A stretch of DNA of 64,000 nucleotides from NCBI GenBank assembly GCA_034520965.1, contig JAXHMY010000003.1, forward strand, positions 128,001-192,000, read 5' to 3'. Made by a program: the position numbers and the translations under genes. Under the pieces are notes generated by a model. It searched no databases. It was not told where the DNA came from and was given only the letters and a program-made list of their open reading frames with translations. The DNA comes from Spirochaetia bacterium (GTDB lineage Bacteria; Spirochaetota; Spirochaetia; DSM-16054; Sediminispirochaetaceae). Below, piece by piece: positions 28,761 to 38,642 of the stretch. Each line of letters starts with the position of its first letter. Position 1 is the stretch's first letter.

Positions 28761-30422
28761 ATGTCTATGACCATTGCAATCGCCTCAGGCAAAGGAGGCG
28801 TTGGAAAAACCACCACCGCCACCAACTTAGCACTGTATGCCGCTCGCAAACAGCAGAAAGTTGCTCTGATTGACCTTGATCCCCTGTCCGACATTGCCGA
28901 AGTACTCTCAATAGCTCACAGCCAACTGGACACATTGCCTAGCACCGTGTCTATCGACCACCCCTATTCAGATTTCAGCATCAGGGTTTTTGATAATTTG
29001 GATCTCCTTTTTCCCGCCTCAAAATTGGGCAAAGCAGCCGTAGAGCAGCTGTATACCGCGCTGAAGGAGAGCTATTTAGATCAAATTAAGGCGGAATATG
29101 ATTTAATTGTAATGGACTTACCTGCGGGTGCCGATGAATCTGAAAATCTACAGTATCTTAGTTTAGCAGATAAAGTGGTGATTGTAACGAATCCTCAGCC
29201 CTCATCACATATAGCGGCGGTCACCTATTTACGCTATGCCCGCGAATACACAAACGGGAACAAGTTCTTTTTGTGGCACAACCGTTACCGCGCGTTCAAC
29301 GCCTCGCAGTTTAATTCAACTGATATCATCGGCAATTATAATCGTAATATGCCGGAAGAAGAGCGCGTGGATGCCGCCACATTCCAGCTCACCCACTGTG
29401 CCTATATTCCTGAAGATCCAAGCCTCGACCTTCTGCAGGGAGAACCGGCAGTCATCCTCCAGCTTGTCCGCAATTTGCAGTCCAACATTGAAGCTGTGTA
29501 TGATTTACTTCTGCAAAGCATCCCGTTAGACCTTCACATTTCTCCTTATATTACGCAGCTGCTGCACTCTTTTATCCGAAGTTTGCCTTCTGATTTTTCT
29601 GCCGATACAGCTTTAGTGGAGTTTGGTAAAAGTTTGCATTCCATGGCTCACGAACAATTTTCACCTGCAGGCAGGGGAACTCCGGATATTCCGGAAAACT
29701 CTCAATTATTTACTCCTGAACAGAAGAAGAGATTAAAAGAGTATCTCTCAGCCTGTCAGGCAAACCGAACCCGGCGTCAGATTATAAAAACCCTCACGCT
29801 GTTGGAGAGCAAGGAAGCAGTGGAAGAGAACCGCATGAGCTCTTTTTCACATCAGCAGGCAGCAGCCCAGGACCCCGGTCATGCACTTGACCGTGAAATA
29901 AGCGCTCTGTTGATGTTCCTGGAAGAGGAAGTACAGAACTACCGGGCCTTAAAAAATATGTCGGCCCTGCTTCTCTTCTACTTCTCCCTCTACAAGCTGT
30001 TTCAGTCGGACAAAATAATTACTACCCTCACCCGCTTCGTGCCCAGAACAAAAGACCCCCAGGGACGAATGGTCCGGGACCGTCATGCCCAGCTTTCCAG
30101 CATCATCAATCACTCGGACAGCTACCGTCAGAAGTATCTCTCACTAATAAAACGTCTATTTCCCTTGGTCCTCCGCCAAATTCAGGTTGTTTCATCTACC
30201 TTCGAGCTGCAGCATTTGCTTCTGAAAGCCCCTGACTCCAAAAATAAAGCCGGCCTAGCCCGTGACATCTATGCAAGATTAACCAGCAATTTTGTCCATG
30301 AAGCGGTAAACAGCGGATTAGGGGTATTGGTGAGCTTTCAGCACCGTCCAGCCTCTGCCGCCTTCCAGCGTGCGGCGCACTCACTACTCGATACTGAACC
30401 TGCATCTACTTCTACCGACTGA
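28761..30422 (+). CDS. MinD/FlhG/ParA-like ATPase with long unknown C-terminal region
   Basis: SGKGGVGKTT deviant Walker A, IDLDP, DLPAG, VTNPQPSS. Confidence 0.82.
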   Translation: MSMTIAIASGKGGVGKTTTATNLALYAARKQQKVALIDLDPLSDIAEVLSIAHSQLDTLPSTVSIDHPYSDFSIRVFDNLDLLFPASKLGKAAVEQLYTALKESYLDQIKAEYDLIVMDLPAGADESENLQYLSLADKVVIVTNPQPSSHIAAVTYLRYAREYTNGNKFFLWHNRYRAFNASQFNSTDIIGNYNRNMPEEERVDAATFQLTHCAYIPEDPSLDLLQGEPAVILQLVRNLQSNIEAVYDLLLQSIPLDLHISPYITQLLHSFIRSLPSDFSADTALVEFGKSLHSMAHEQFSPAGRGTPDIPENSQLFTPEQKKRLKEYLSACQANRTRRQIIKTLTLLESKEAVEENRMSSFSHQQAAAQDPGHALDREISALLMFLEEEVQNYRALKNMSALLLFYFSLYKLFQSDKIITTLTRFVPRTKDPQGRMVRDRHAQLSSIINHSDSYRQKYLSLIKRLFPLVLRQIQVVSSTFELQHLLLKAPDSKNKAGLARDIYARLTSNFVHEAVNSGLGVLVSFQHRPASAAFQRAAHSLLDTEPASTSTD

Positions 30423-30437
30423 CACTTCTTGGGCTAT

Positions 30438-31808
30438 TTATTGGGATTCAGCGATTCTCTCGGATTTTTCCATCAATATTTCCAGCATTGTTTTATCGGC
30501 ATCAGCCAAGCCTCTATTCTGCAAATTACGCAGAAAATTCATGCTGTCCGGAAGGTCCACACCCACAATACCGTCACTGTCCGGAATTGTAACCCCATCT
30601 AAGGCTAATAGGGCAGCTTGAACTCCAAAGCGGGCACTGGTAGCCGCCTTGAGTGCACAGCCGTGCTTAGCTCCATCACACAGAATACCTGCAATATTTC
30701 CCAACACAAGTTTTACGGCGGCGGTCATTTGCTCAGGAGTTCCGCCCATAGCAAATACCAATGAAGCGGCAATTGCGGGGGCTGCACTGACAGTCACCCC
30801 ACAGGTTGGGGTAAGTAAACCGGTATACACCTTAATGAATCTAATTAGTAGCAATCCCATGGCCAGGGTCTGCTCCAAGCTTGTCTGCATCTCCTGCTCA
30901 TACTCACGAAATGCAAGGCCGGTACCGAGGAAGAAGGCAATACCGTGGTTGCCGGAACCTCCACAACCCTTAATCGGAACCATCATCCCGCTCATCCGGC
31001 TGTCGGCGGCGGCGGCTACATACTGTTCAACCTTGGTTGCCAGAGAATTTCCAACTACACCTCGCTGTTTCAAGCGTTCAATTCCAGCTCCCAGCCCCAT
31101 GCCCGGAGCATTTTTAAGACCGATTTCTGCGGCCGCCACATTGATATCGACTGCTCCGGTAAGAAAGGCCAGTTTCTCCACCGGAATCGCCTGCACGGCC
31201 TTCACCAGCTCGTCCATCGAAAGCCCTTCCAATTCAGCAGAATCAGCTTCCACTGGGGAACCGGTACTTTCATTTTGCTGCGTATCGCCATTCGGTACCC
31301 GCGGCTGTCCCGGGCTCTGCGCTTTTACACCGCCCTGCGGAAAAACCTGAGACCCGTTTACTTTGATTGAAGTAAGATTATCATGTGCCCCAACAATTTC
31401 AGCCTCTGCAATGCCCTTCTCAGTTTTTACTTTTGTATAAATATAGATTTTTTCGGGTACATCTGCTAATGAGACTAAAATAAAATCGGCTGATGCCAGC
31501 TTGCCGGCTTGCTCCAGATGTTCCATTTTAACCCCTTCAAACAGCCGCAATTGCTTATTCCAATCACCGGCAACCAAGCCTAGGGCTACAGCAAATTGTA
31601 TACCCTTCTTATCAGATCCTGGAATACCGACGGCCATAGCATTCTTAAAGACATTTACACTTATTGATACTTCAACTGAGTCAATTGTTCCTCCAAGGTG
31701 CTGGTAAGCTGCGGTAGCGGCATATGCAATGGCCACAGGTTCAGTACAGCCGATAGTATCAAATACATTGTTACGCACAAATTCAAGCGCTTTTTCTGGA
31801 GTTAACAT
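30438..31808 (-). CDS. YhaM/CyuA-like L-cysteine desulfidase (serine dehydratase alpha-like)
   Basis: GCTEPVAIA, KNAMAVGIPG, GSGNHGI, CDGAKHGCALK. Confidence 0.88.
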   Translation of the reverse strand: MLTPEKALEFVRNNVFDTIGCTEPVAIAYAATAAYQHLGGTIDSVEVSISVNVFKNAMAVGIPGSDKKGIQFAVALGLVAGDWNKQLRLFEGVKMEHLEQAGKLASADFILVSLADVPEKIYIYTKVKTEKGIAEAEIVGAHDNLTSIKVNGSQVFPQGGVKAQSPGQPRVPNGDTQQNESTGSPVEADSAELEGLSMDELVKAVQAIPVEKLAFLTGAVDINVAAAEIGLKNAPGMGLGAGIERLKQRGVVGNSLATKVEQYVAAAADSRMSGMMVPIKGCGGSGNHGIAFFLGTGLAFREYEQEMQTSLEQTLAMGLLLIRFIKVYTGLLTPTCGVTVSAAPAIAASLVFAMGGTPEQMTAAVKLVLGNIAGILCDGAKHGCALKAATSARFGVQAALLALDGVTIPDSDGIVGVDLPDSMNFLRNLQNRGLADADKTMLEILMEKSERIAESQ

Positions 31809-31972
31809 CTTCTTTTAATCCCTTCCTCATGTTATAAGTAGTAAATTGTTGCAGCAATGGTAACATAGAAAACTAGAGCGAGATACCCTCCTTCTAAAAT
31901 TACTTGTCAACACCGCAGAGGTCTGATAGTATAAAATTATGTTAAATAACTTTTTCTATCGATAAATTGAAA

Positions 31973-32626
31973 ATGAAAGGAACTTATAAATTGAATAGTA
32001 TACCTCTCCCTTCCTTGCGTAGATTACCGCGATACTTAAACATTCTCGAATCTTTTCATATAAAGGGTAAGCACACCGTATCCGCTACCGACATAGCAGA
32101 AGAACTTGATCTTAAACCTATTCAAATACGCAAAGATATGGCTTTTACGGGAATTGTCGGTAAACCCAAAGTTGGCTACGATATCAATGAACTAATTAAA
32201 TCGATCAGGTCTTTCATCGGATGGCATGAGAACACCTCTGCGATCTTGGTCGGTGCAGGCTCATTGGGCACCGCTTTGATGGGCTATGAGGGCTTTCTCA
32301 CTCGCGGGCTTAGAATAGAGGCTGCCTTCGATACCGATGTAAGCAAGCACGGAACCCTTATCTACGACACCCCGGTGTACCCCATGCGGGAACTCTCTAA
32401 AATTGTACAACGCAAGAACATCCATTTGGCAGTAATTACTGTCCCTGTTTCGGCTGCTCAATCGGTTACCGATACTCTGGTTGAGTCCGGCATTAACGGA
32501 ATTTGGAACTTCAGTCCCGCGGAAATTCAGGTACCCAAACACGTAATTGTAAAGCGTGAGGACCTTTCGGAGGGGCTGGCTGTACTGTTTGTGCAGATGC
32601 AGGAAATACAGCACTCCGAGGAATAA
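31973..32626 (+). CDS. rex: Redox-sensing transcriptional repressor
   Basis: RRLPRY, QIRKD, GKPKVGY, VGAGSLG, GIWNF. Confidence 0.95.
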   Translation: MKGTYKLNSIPLPSLRRLPRYLNILESFHIKGKHTVSATDIAEELDLKPIQIRKDMAFTGIVGKPKVGYDINELIKSIRSFIGWHENTSAILVGAGSLGTALMGYEGFLTRGLRIEAAFDTDVSKHGTLIYDTPVYPMRELSKIVQRKNIHLAVITVPVSAAQSVTDTLVESGINGIWNFSPAEIQVPKHVIVKREDLSEGLAVLFVQMQEIQHSEE

Positions 32627-32651
32627 ACCATACAGCAGCTTAGCATTACGT

Positions 32652-32698
32652 AAGCGGCGGCTTAGAGTAAGTGATTTACTCTAAGCCGCCGCTTTTTT
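32652..32698. terminator. Terminator between convergent rex and putP
   Basis: 19-bp perfect arms AAGCGGCGGCTTAGAGTAA / TTACTCTAAGCCGCCGCTT running into a T tract. Confidence 0.8.
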
Positions 32699-32702
32699 CA
32701 GC

Positions 32703-34188
32703 TCAGGTAACAACTTCCTCAACATCTCCGGTGTCCTGCTTGTACTGGCTCACAAAGGTGCCATAGTATTCAGCATCATCGGGTGTAGTAAAGTGGTTTA
32801 CAATCCATATTGTCAGGGCATTGGCTATAAAACCGGGCACAATTTCATACATATATGCATTAAACCCAAGGCGCTCCCAAATTATTAAAACCAGTGTACC
32901 GGTGATCATACCCGATAGGGCGGATTTCCAGTTTGTTTTCGATGAAAACAGGGAGGCTAAAATTACCGGACCAAAGGCGGCACCGAAACCGCCCCATGCA
33001 TACGAGACCAAACCAAGAATACTGTTATTGGGATTAAGTGCCAGCAGCATTGCAATCAGAGAAATAATAAGTACGCTGATACGGCCAATAACTATCAATT
33101 CTTTCTCGCCGGCATCCTTTTTAATTACTTTTTTATAAAAGTCCTCCGTCAATGCCGAAGAGGAGACTAGCAACTGGCTGTCGATGGTGGACATTATAGC
33201 AGAAAGAATTGCGGCTAAGAGTATTCCTCCGATCCAGGGGTTGAAGAGATCGCGGATCATATAAATAAAGACCTTCTCACTGTCCCCACCGGTTACTTCC
33301 GGGAACATCGGAATAGCTATCAGCCCGACAAATACGGCGAAAGAAAGCGAAAAGGCAACCCATATAATAGCAATAACAGCCGATTTGGGCATCTCCTTCA
33401 CCGATTTAATGCTCATGAAGCGAGAAAGAATGTGGGGCTGACCAAAATATCCCAGCCCCCAAGCGGCTGCCGAAATAACTGCGAAAAAAGGCATCGGCCC
33501 GTCCGGGATAATTGAAGTAGAAATGTTTGACTCTATCATAGCCGTACTAATTCCCTCGAAGCCGCCATGAGTAAAGAAGGCAAGCAGAGGTACAATAATT
33601 ATGGCCACAAACATCAGGCTGCCCTGGAACAAATCGGTCCAGCACACTGCTAAAAACCCGCCTAAAAAGGTATACAAAATAATTACAATACCACCCAGAA
33701 TAACAGCAAGGGAATAGTCGATCGAGAACATAGATTCAAATAATTTCCCCGCCCCTACTAAACCACTTGAAGCGTATATTGTAAAAAAAAGCAGAATAAT
33801 AATCGCGGAAACGATTCTTAGCAATCCGGTGGGATCTTTTAAATCGGTCTTCAAAAAAGGAGGAAATAGTCAATGAGTCGGTTTTTCCTGTATAAACCCG
33901 TAAACGCGGTGCAACCAGCAGCCAGTTCGCCACTGTCCCTAGAAACAAACCAATAGCTATCCAGCTTTGATTCACTCCAAGTAAGAATACTGCGCCGGGA
34001 AGTCCCATCAACAGCCAGCCGCTCATGTCACTCGCCTGTGCGGAGAGTGCGGTTACCCAGCGACCCATTTTACGGCCGCCTAAAAGATAATCTTCAATGT
34101 GGACTGTCTTTTTGTAGAAGTACCACCCTACCGTCATAAGGGCAATAAAGTACACAACAAATGTAATTAGCTCGGCTATGTTAATCAT
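32703..34188 (-). CDS. putP: Sodium/proline symporter; frameshift at A4 run 33837-33840
   Basis: ALSAQASDMSGWLLMGLPG, GYFGQPHIL.RFM, AIMSTIDSQLL; removing one A gives ...FEDRFKDPTGLLR. Confidence 0.9.
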
Positions 34189-34240
34189 AGAACCTCCAAT
34201 GAATATTTATGCAATCATATACATTTTGTTCAACTCTGTC

Positions 34241-34285
34241 AAAAAAAAACCGCCCGACGTCGGCAAATACACCGACGGGGCGTTT
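34241..34285 (-). terminator. Terminator of hsp20 operon
   Basis: CGCCCCGTCGG-TGTATTTG-CCGACGTCGGGCG followed by T9 on the minus strand. Confidence 0.7.
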
Positions 34286-34308
34286 CTGTTCCGTGGCGTT
34301 TACAGTTA

Positions 34309-34677
34309 TTAGCCTTTCACCTCAATTTTCCGGGGTTTTACTTCCTCTCTAAATTGAAGCGTAATCGTCAAGACTCCATTTTCCATGGTAGCATTTATTG
34401 AATTGCGATCGATACTCTTATCAATAGTAAAATATTTTTCATAACTGCCGCAATTTCTTTCACGAATCAAATAGTTTCCTTCCACACTCTCATCCTGCCG
34501 AGCAGCAAAAATTTGCAGCTGATCATCTTCGATGCTCACGTTCACATCATCTTTCTTGACGCCAGGTACTTCGAGCTGGACCACTACTTTACCTTCTTCT
34601 TCACGAATTCTACTCATAGGGCTTACACAGCGCCCTTCACGTGCTTTTCCTCCGGTTTCCATATAATTCCTCCTCAT
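34309..34677 (-). CDS. Small heat-shock protein (Hsp20)
   Basis: EVPGVKKDDV, RER..G.Y, A.MENGVLTI. Confidence 0.9.
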   Translation of the reverse strand: MRRNYMETGGKAREGRCVSPMSRIREEEGKVVVQLEVPGVKKDDVNVSIEDDQLQIFAARQDESVEGNYLIRERNCGSYEKYFTIDKSIDRNSINATMENGVLTITLQFREEVKPRKIEVKG

Positions 34678-34686
34678 AGATTCTTA

Positions 34687-35142
34687 TTAGCTGACTTTTA
34701 CATTGATTTGACGGGGCTTAACCTCTTCGCGCTTAGCAATCGTGATTTCTAATATTCCGTCATGCAGATCTGCTTCAACCTTATTCGGATCTACACTATC
34801 GGGTAAAGAAATTGTACGTTGAAATACACCGCTCCAGGTTTCATTCCGGTATTTTTTTGCTTCATCTTTACCCTCTTCCGGCTTTTTTTCACCTTTTATG
34901 GTTAACACATTCCGGGCAAGAGAAAGATCCAAATCCTCCTTGCTTATTCCCGGCATATCACAGCGAATTACCAGTGAGTCAGTTTTTTCGATTACATCAA
35001 CCGGCGGAGATGCCGGGCGATCGAACAATCCTCTAGTGCCCTGGTAGTCAAAATTGAAAAGATTATTAATTTCATTCTGCAGGCGCTCAAACTCGCCCAT
35101 AGGATCAAGGTTTTTGTCCTGCCTTCCTCTTACTAAATCCAT
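34687..35142 (-). CDS. Small heat-shock protein (Hsp20)
   Basis: PPVDV, DMPGI, FQRTISLP, ADLHDGILEI. Confidence 0.93.
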   Translation of the reverse strand: MDLVRGRQDKNLDPMGEFERLQNEINNLFNFDYQGTRGLFDRPASPPVDVIEKTDSLVIRCDMPGISKEDLDLSLARNVLTIKGEKKPEEGKDEAKKYRNETWSGVFQRTISLPDSVDPNKVEADLHDGILEITIAKREEVKPRQINVKVS

Positions 35143-35177
35143 AGCATTCCTCCTTGCTTTTATTCTATAAAATATGT

Positions 35178-35193
35178 AGCAATTTTTGTGCCA
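35178..35193 (-). promoter_or_regulatory. Sigma-54 (-24/-12) promoter of hsp20 pair
   Basis: TGGCACAAAAATTGCT with the exact GG-N10-GC spacing, ~35 bp before the start codon. Confidence 0.75.
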
Positions 35194-35422
35194 ATTTAGT
35201 TTAGAAGTCTTTATTTCATTGCAATATAGCTAATTAGCATTACTTTATCTACTCCCTGTTATCGTTTTAAATTCTTTCCGGTGAGTCAAAGAACTACACT
35301 CAAGCTGCCGGCTTTGAAGCAGAATGGATCTTTTTGACCCATTTGCTTACAAAGGGGTGAGTAAATTTAGTCCGCTTTTATTTCTGTACAGACGCTGTCT
35401 TTTGTATTAGTATATTGATTCG

Positions 35423-35680
35423 ATGGAAAACACAGGTGCATATATACGCTGCCGTAACTGCGGAAGATACGTACTCCAGGAACAGGCGTACAACAACTAT
35501 TTTTGCAGTTCAATCTGCAGCCAAAAATTCGTACGCTGTAAAAATTGCGGCACCTATTTTTTAGTTAGTGATTCTCAGTATGCGGAGTTTTGCTCCAAGG
35601 AGTGTGCTCACAGCTGGGAGCATCCATTAAAGGAAGTGCCTCATTCCCATGATGATGATGATGAAGGAGTGATAATATGA
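35423..35680 (+). CDS. Small Cys-rich protein, two CxxC-x14-FCSxxC repeats
   Basis: Duplicated treble-clef-like motif; ATGA overlap with adk. Confidence 0.7.
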   Translation: MENTGAYIRCRNCGRYVLQEQAYNNYFCSSICSQKFVRCKNCGTYFLVSDSQYAEFCSKECAHSWEHPLKEVPHSHDDDDEGVII

Positions 35681-36312
35681 ATTTAATCTTTCTAGGCCCC
35701 CCGGGGGCTGGTAAAGGTACAATTGCAGTTCGTGTGAAAGAAAGCTACCACATCCCGCACATCTCTACCGGAGATCTATTTCGAGCCCATATCAATAACA
35801 AAACCGAGGTAGGCACTCAGGTACAGGCTATCCTTGACTCGGGAGAACTGGTTCCGGATGAGTTAACCATAGAAATGGTACGCCAACGTTTACAAGAAGA
35901 CGACAGCCGCAATGGTTTTATTCTGGACGGATTTCCACGAACAATTCCTCAGGCAGAGGCCTTAGAGAGTTTCGCGCAAATCGACGGAGTTCTCAATTTT
36001 GAACTAAGCAAAGAAAGCATTGTGAAACGCCTCTCCGGCCGCAGAATTGCTAAGCAGTCGGGTAAGGTCTATCACATTCACTACAATCCTCCGAAAGTAG
36101 AAGGAAAGTGCGATGAAAGTGGTGAAACACTTATCCAACGGCCCGACGACAAACCCGAGGCCATAGAAAACCGTTTGGAAGTGTACCAGAGGCAAACTGC
36201 CCCTCTTATCAATTATTATGCCGAAAAGAATCTTTTGATTGCAATCGACGCCGAACCCTCTGCAGATGATGTCTTTAAGCAGGTAAAGGAAAAATTGGAA
36301 AGCTTAAAATAG
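35677..36312 (+). CDS. adk: Adenylate kinase
   Basis: GPPGAGKGT, HISTGDLFR, LDGFPRT, QRPDD. Confidence 0.97.
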   Translation: MNLIFLGPPGAGKGTIAVRVKESYHIPHISTGDLFRAHINNKTEVGTQVQAILDSGELVPDELTIEMVRQRLQEDDSRNGFILDGFPRTIPQAEALESFAQIDGVLNFELSKESIVKRLSGRRIAKQSGKVYHIHYNPPKVEGKCDESGETLIQRPDDKPEAIENRLEVYQRQTAPLINYYAEKNLLIAIDAEPSADDVFKQVKEKLESLK

Positions 36313-36374
36313 CACCAAATTAGTGTTTCGGCTTTTTTCTTGAAGAACCGGTTACTCAAAGCTCCGGTCTAAGT

Positions 36375-37355
36375 TCACTCCTCAGCCTCTTCCGACGGCG
36401 ACGCTTCGTCTGCTGCCTCCTCTACCGCTGCTTCGACTGCGTCAAAGAGCTGGACACGTTGAAGCTCCGCCTCCATCGCAGAGAGAGCCTCTGCTTTATT
36501 CTGTTCATCCAAGGCTGTGTACAGAGCCGACAGTGTAGCGACATCCCTAAATCCGGCCTCCAGGGCACCTTTAAGAGCCGCGATACCGCGGGTGTTCTCT
36601 TCGAGCTGTACCAGTAGAATACGGGCTTGCTGCAGCAAAAACCGCCCCTTCTCCGCTTCTTCCGCCCTCGCGCTCATTTGCCTATATATATCCAGGGCTT
36701 CAGTAAAGTCCCGCTCTTTGACATATGCGGCTGCCAGCTCTGATAAAACTGTCTGGTTCTGCGGATCCTGCTCAAAGGCCCTCTCAAACCATCCCAGCCC
36801 ACTGCCCCACTCCAGCTTCTGTTCAAGCTGACCAAGGAGCAGTAGTAACTCGGCATCGGAGTTTTTACCGTACACACACTTTAGCAGCAGGGAGTACGCC
36901 TCGGCATACTCCTGCCGCTCGGACAGCAGTAATGATAAATTGTATCGGACATTACAGTTGGCAGGGTCTTTTTCGATTAATGAACGGTAGAGACTCTGGG
37001 CTTGATCAATTTTTCCACGTTTTAACTCCACCCACGCCAGGGTTTCTAAAAATGTTATATTCCCCCTATCCGCTTCTAGCAACTGATGCAGAATAGCGGC
37101 TGCCTTGGAATAGTTTTGGCTGTAAATATGAACCCGCGCCATGTTATATCCGGCTCGATACATATTCGGTTCAATCTCGAGGGCCCGGGCAAAGGCGTTT
37201 TCCGCCTTACCCCAGTCTTCAAGCTCAATATATGCGTTCCCGAGGTTATAGTACGTTTCCGCCAGTTCGCGCTGCTGTGGGCTTGTCCGACAGCCTACAA
37301 GCGATAAGAGCAGCACCATAGCTACCAACAGCCCCCCGGCTCTACGCAAGAACAT
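36375..37355 (-). CDS. TPR-repeat lipoprotein
   Basis: Lipobox LVG-C; YYNLGNAY..A..AL TPR repeats. Confidence 0.8.
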   Translation of the reverse strand: MFLRRAGGLLVAMVLLLSLVGCRTSPQQRELAETYYNLGNAYIELEDWGKAENAFARALEIEPNMYRAGYNMARVHIYSQNYSKAAAILHQLLEADRGNITFLETLAWVELKRGKIDQAQSLYRSLIEKDPANCNVRYNLSLLLSERQEYAEAYSLLLKCVYGKNSDAELLLLLGQLEQKLEWGSGLGWFERAFEQDPQNQTVLSELAAAYVKERDFTEALDIYRQMSARAEEAEKGRFLLQQARILLVQLEENTRGIAALKGALEAGFRDVATLSALYTALDEQNKAEALSAMEAELQRVQLFDAVEAAVEEAADEASPSEEAEE

Positions 37356-38436
37356 CACGTACGCCCCAACACCGTTTCTTCGATTTTCCTCACCTGTGCG
37401 CGGTAAAGTGAGGCAATATTCGCACCATAATCTGCTATCAACTGAATAATGTTTCGGGGCATCTCCTCCATATCCGGTCCGTTTAAGCGGTCGCCGGCAT
37501 CACCCAGACCGGGCAGGATATAGGCATCATCATTTAAAACCGGATCCATCCAGAGAGTATAGACATCGGCCTGCTCCAGAGCTCTCACAATCCGCAAGGA
37601 GCTCCCTTTAAAGCCGAAATTACGTTCAGACATTTGATAGAACGGGGCTTAACCCCCTGGTCCAACAAATATTTTACAATCGTCACAAAACTGCCCCCGG
37701 TGGCATTCATCGGGTCGGCAAAGACAAGGTCCTTACCCTGTAAATTTTCTAAACTAAAGAAGGACTTTTTCAAATCGAGAATATACTCCATATTATACTC
37801 CTTTTTTGAATCGTCCCTTTTTATCTTGAAAAGTGCAAAGGGAGATACATAATTCGAAGACGAGTACTCTTGTATCTCCTTGCTCATGATCATCGAAGGC
37901 AGAAGCGAGCCTCGCAGCATCACACACATCACCGTATTCTCTATATCCACATCTACATCCGGTATTTTATGCACAGCGTAGTTCTGCACCGGATTTGTAA
38001 CCGGTGTATTGGTAATTAGATAGTTTTTCTTGTGGGTGGCATTTTCAGTAAAAGCCAGATTAAAGAGCAGTTCATAGGCTCGCTGGATATAATATACAAA
38101 CTCCTGGTTCTGGGTCTTAGTATTCCGCAGTTTTGAAATCAGACGGGAGGCCTCACCATGAACCTCTTTCGGAGTATCAAAAGAGTATACATGTATACGC
38201 GGCTCTTCCTGGACAATGCTCTGCATCTGTTTGCCCATAGAGTCGTACACCTTGATCAGCTCTTGTTTGGCCTCACTGAGCCGGCGTTCATTGCTGGTTT
38301 TCGATAAGACATCAAAAATACCTATCGCCCTACTATAGAGGCTATTCATGGCATCAATTTGCCGATGATCCTCTTCGGTGAGATATCCGTCTAAATCCGT
38401 TGCTTTTAAGATAATCGAGCCCGTTGCCTCTGCCAT
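37355..38436 (-). CDS. upp: Uracil phosphoribosyltransferase, long form; frameshift near 37600
   Basis: [15 protein letters not shown] in one frame; [15 protein letters not shown] in the next; AAGGAG RBS at ATG 38436. Confidence 0.85.
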
Positions 38437-38498
38437 ATGTAACTCCTTTAGTGTAAATGTAGCCGCTAGAGTATTACGGGTCAAGATGTCCTTCACAA

Positions 38499-38531
38499 CA
38501 GCAATTCTAAATTTAGATCTGAAGACTTCCA
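38499..38531. repeat. Decayed fragment of the MITE family
   Basis: CAGCAATTCTAAATTT...GAAGACTTCCA matches the element end. Confidence 0.45.
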
Positions 38532-38532
38532 T

Positions 38533-38561
38533 TTGATATTTGCACTACAAATTGGTATAAT
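38533..38561 (+). promoter_or_regulatory. Sigma-70 promoter
   Basis: TTGATA-N17-TATAAT. Confidence 0.6.
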
Positions 38562-38642
38562 CCGAACTATTAACTTGCATTTGGTATGATAATTTATTAA
38601 TGTTAGTAGCAGAACAGTTATTCTATAAGGAGAATAAAAGCA

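Noticed and set aside
30649..31350. Long antisense/overlapping ORFs (e.g. 30649-31350, 44050-44718, 61295-61963)
   Set aside because: Shadow frames of well-supported genes; no RBS or recognisable motifs
31935..31960. Rex operator upstream of rex (also sought upstream of pta)
   Set aside because: Only a half-site (ATGTTAA) is present; no TTGTGAA-N4-TTCACAA-like palindrome found
33830..33850. Programmed frameshift in putP at TTTAAAA
   Set aside because: Repair needs loss of one base, there is no stimulatory structure or precedent, and a homopolymer error is simpler
35230..35260. CIRCE element upstream of hsp20
   Set aside because: TTAGCA is present but the TTAGCACTC-N9-GAGTGCTAA repeat is not
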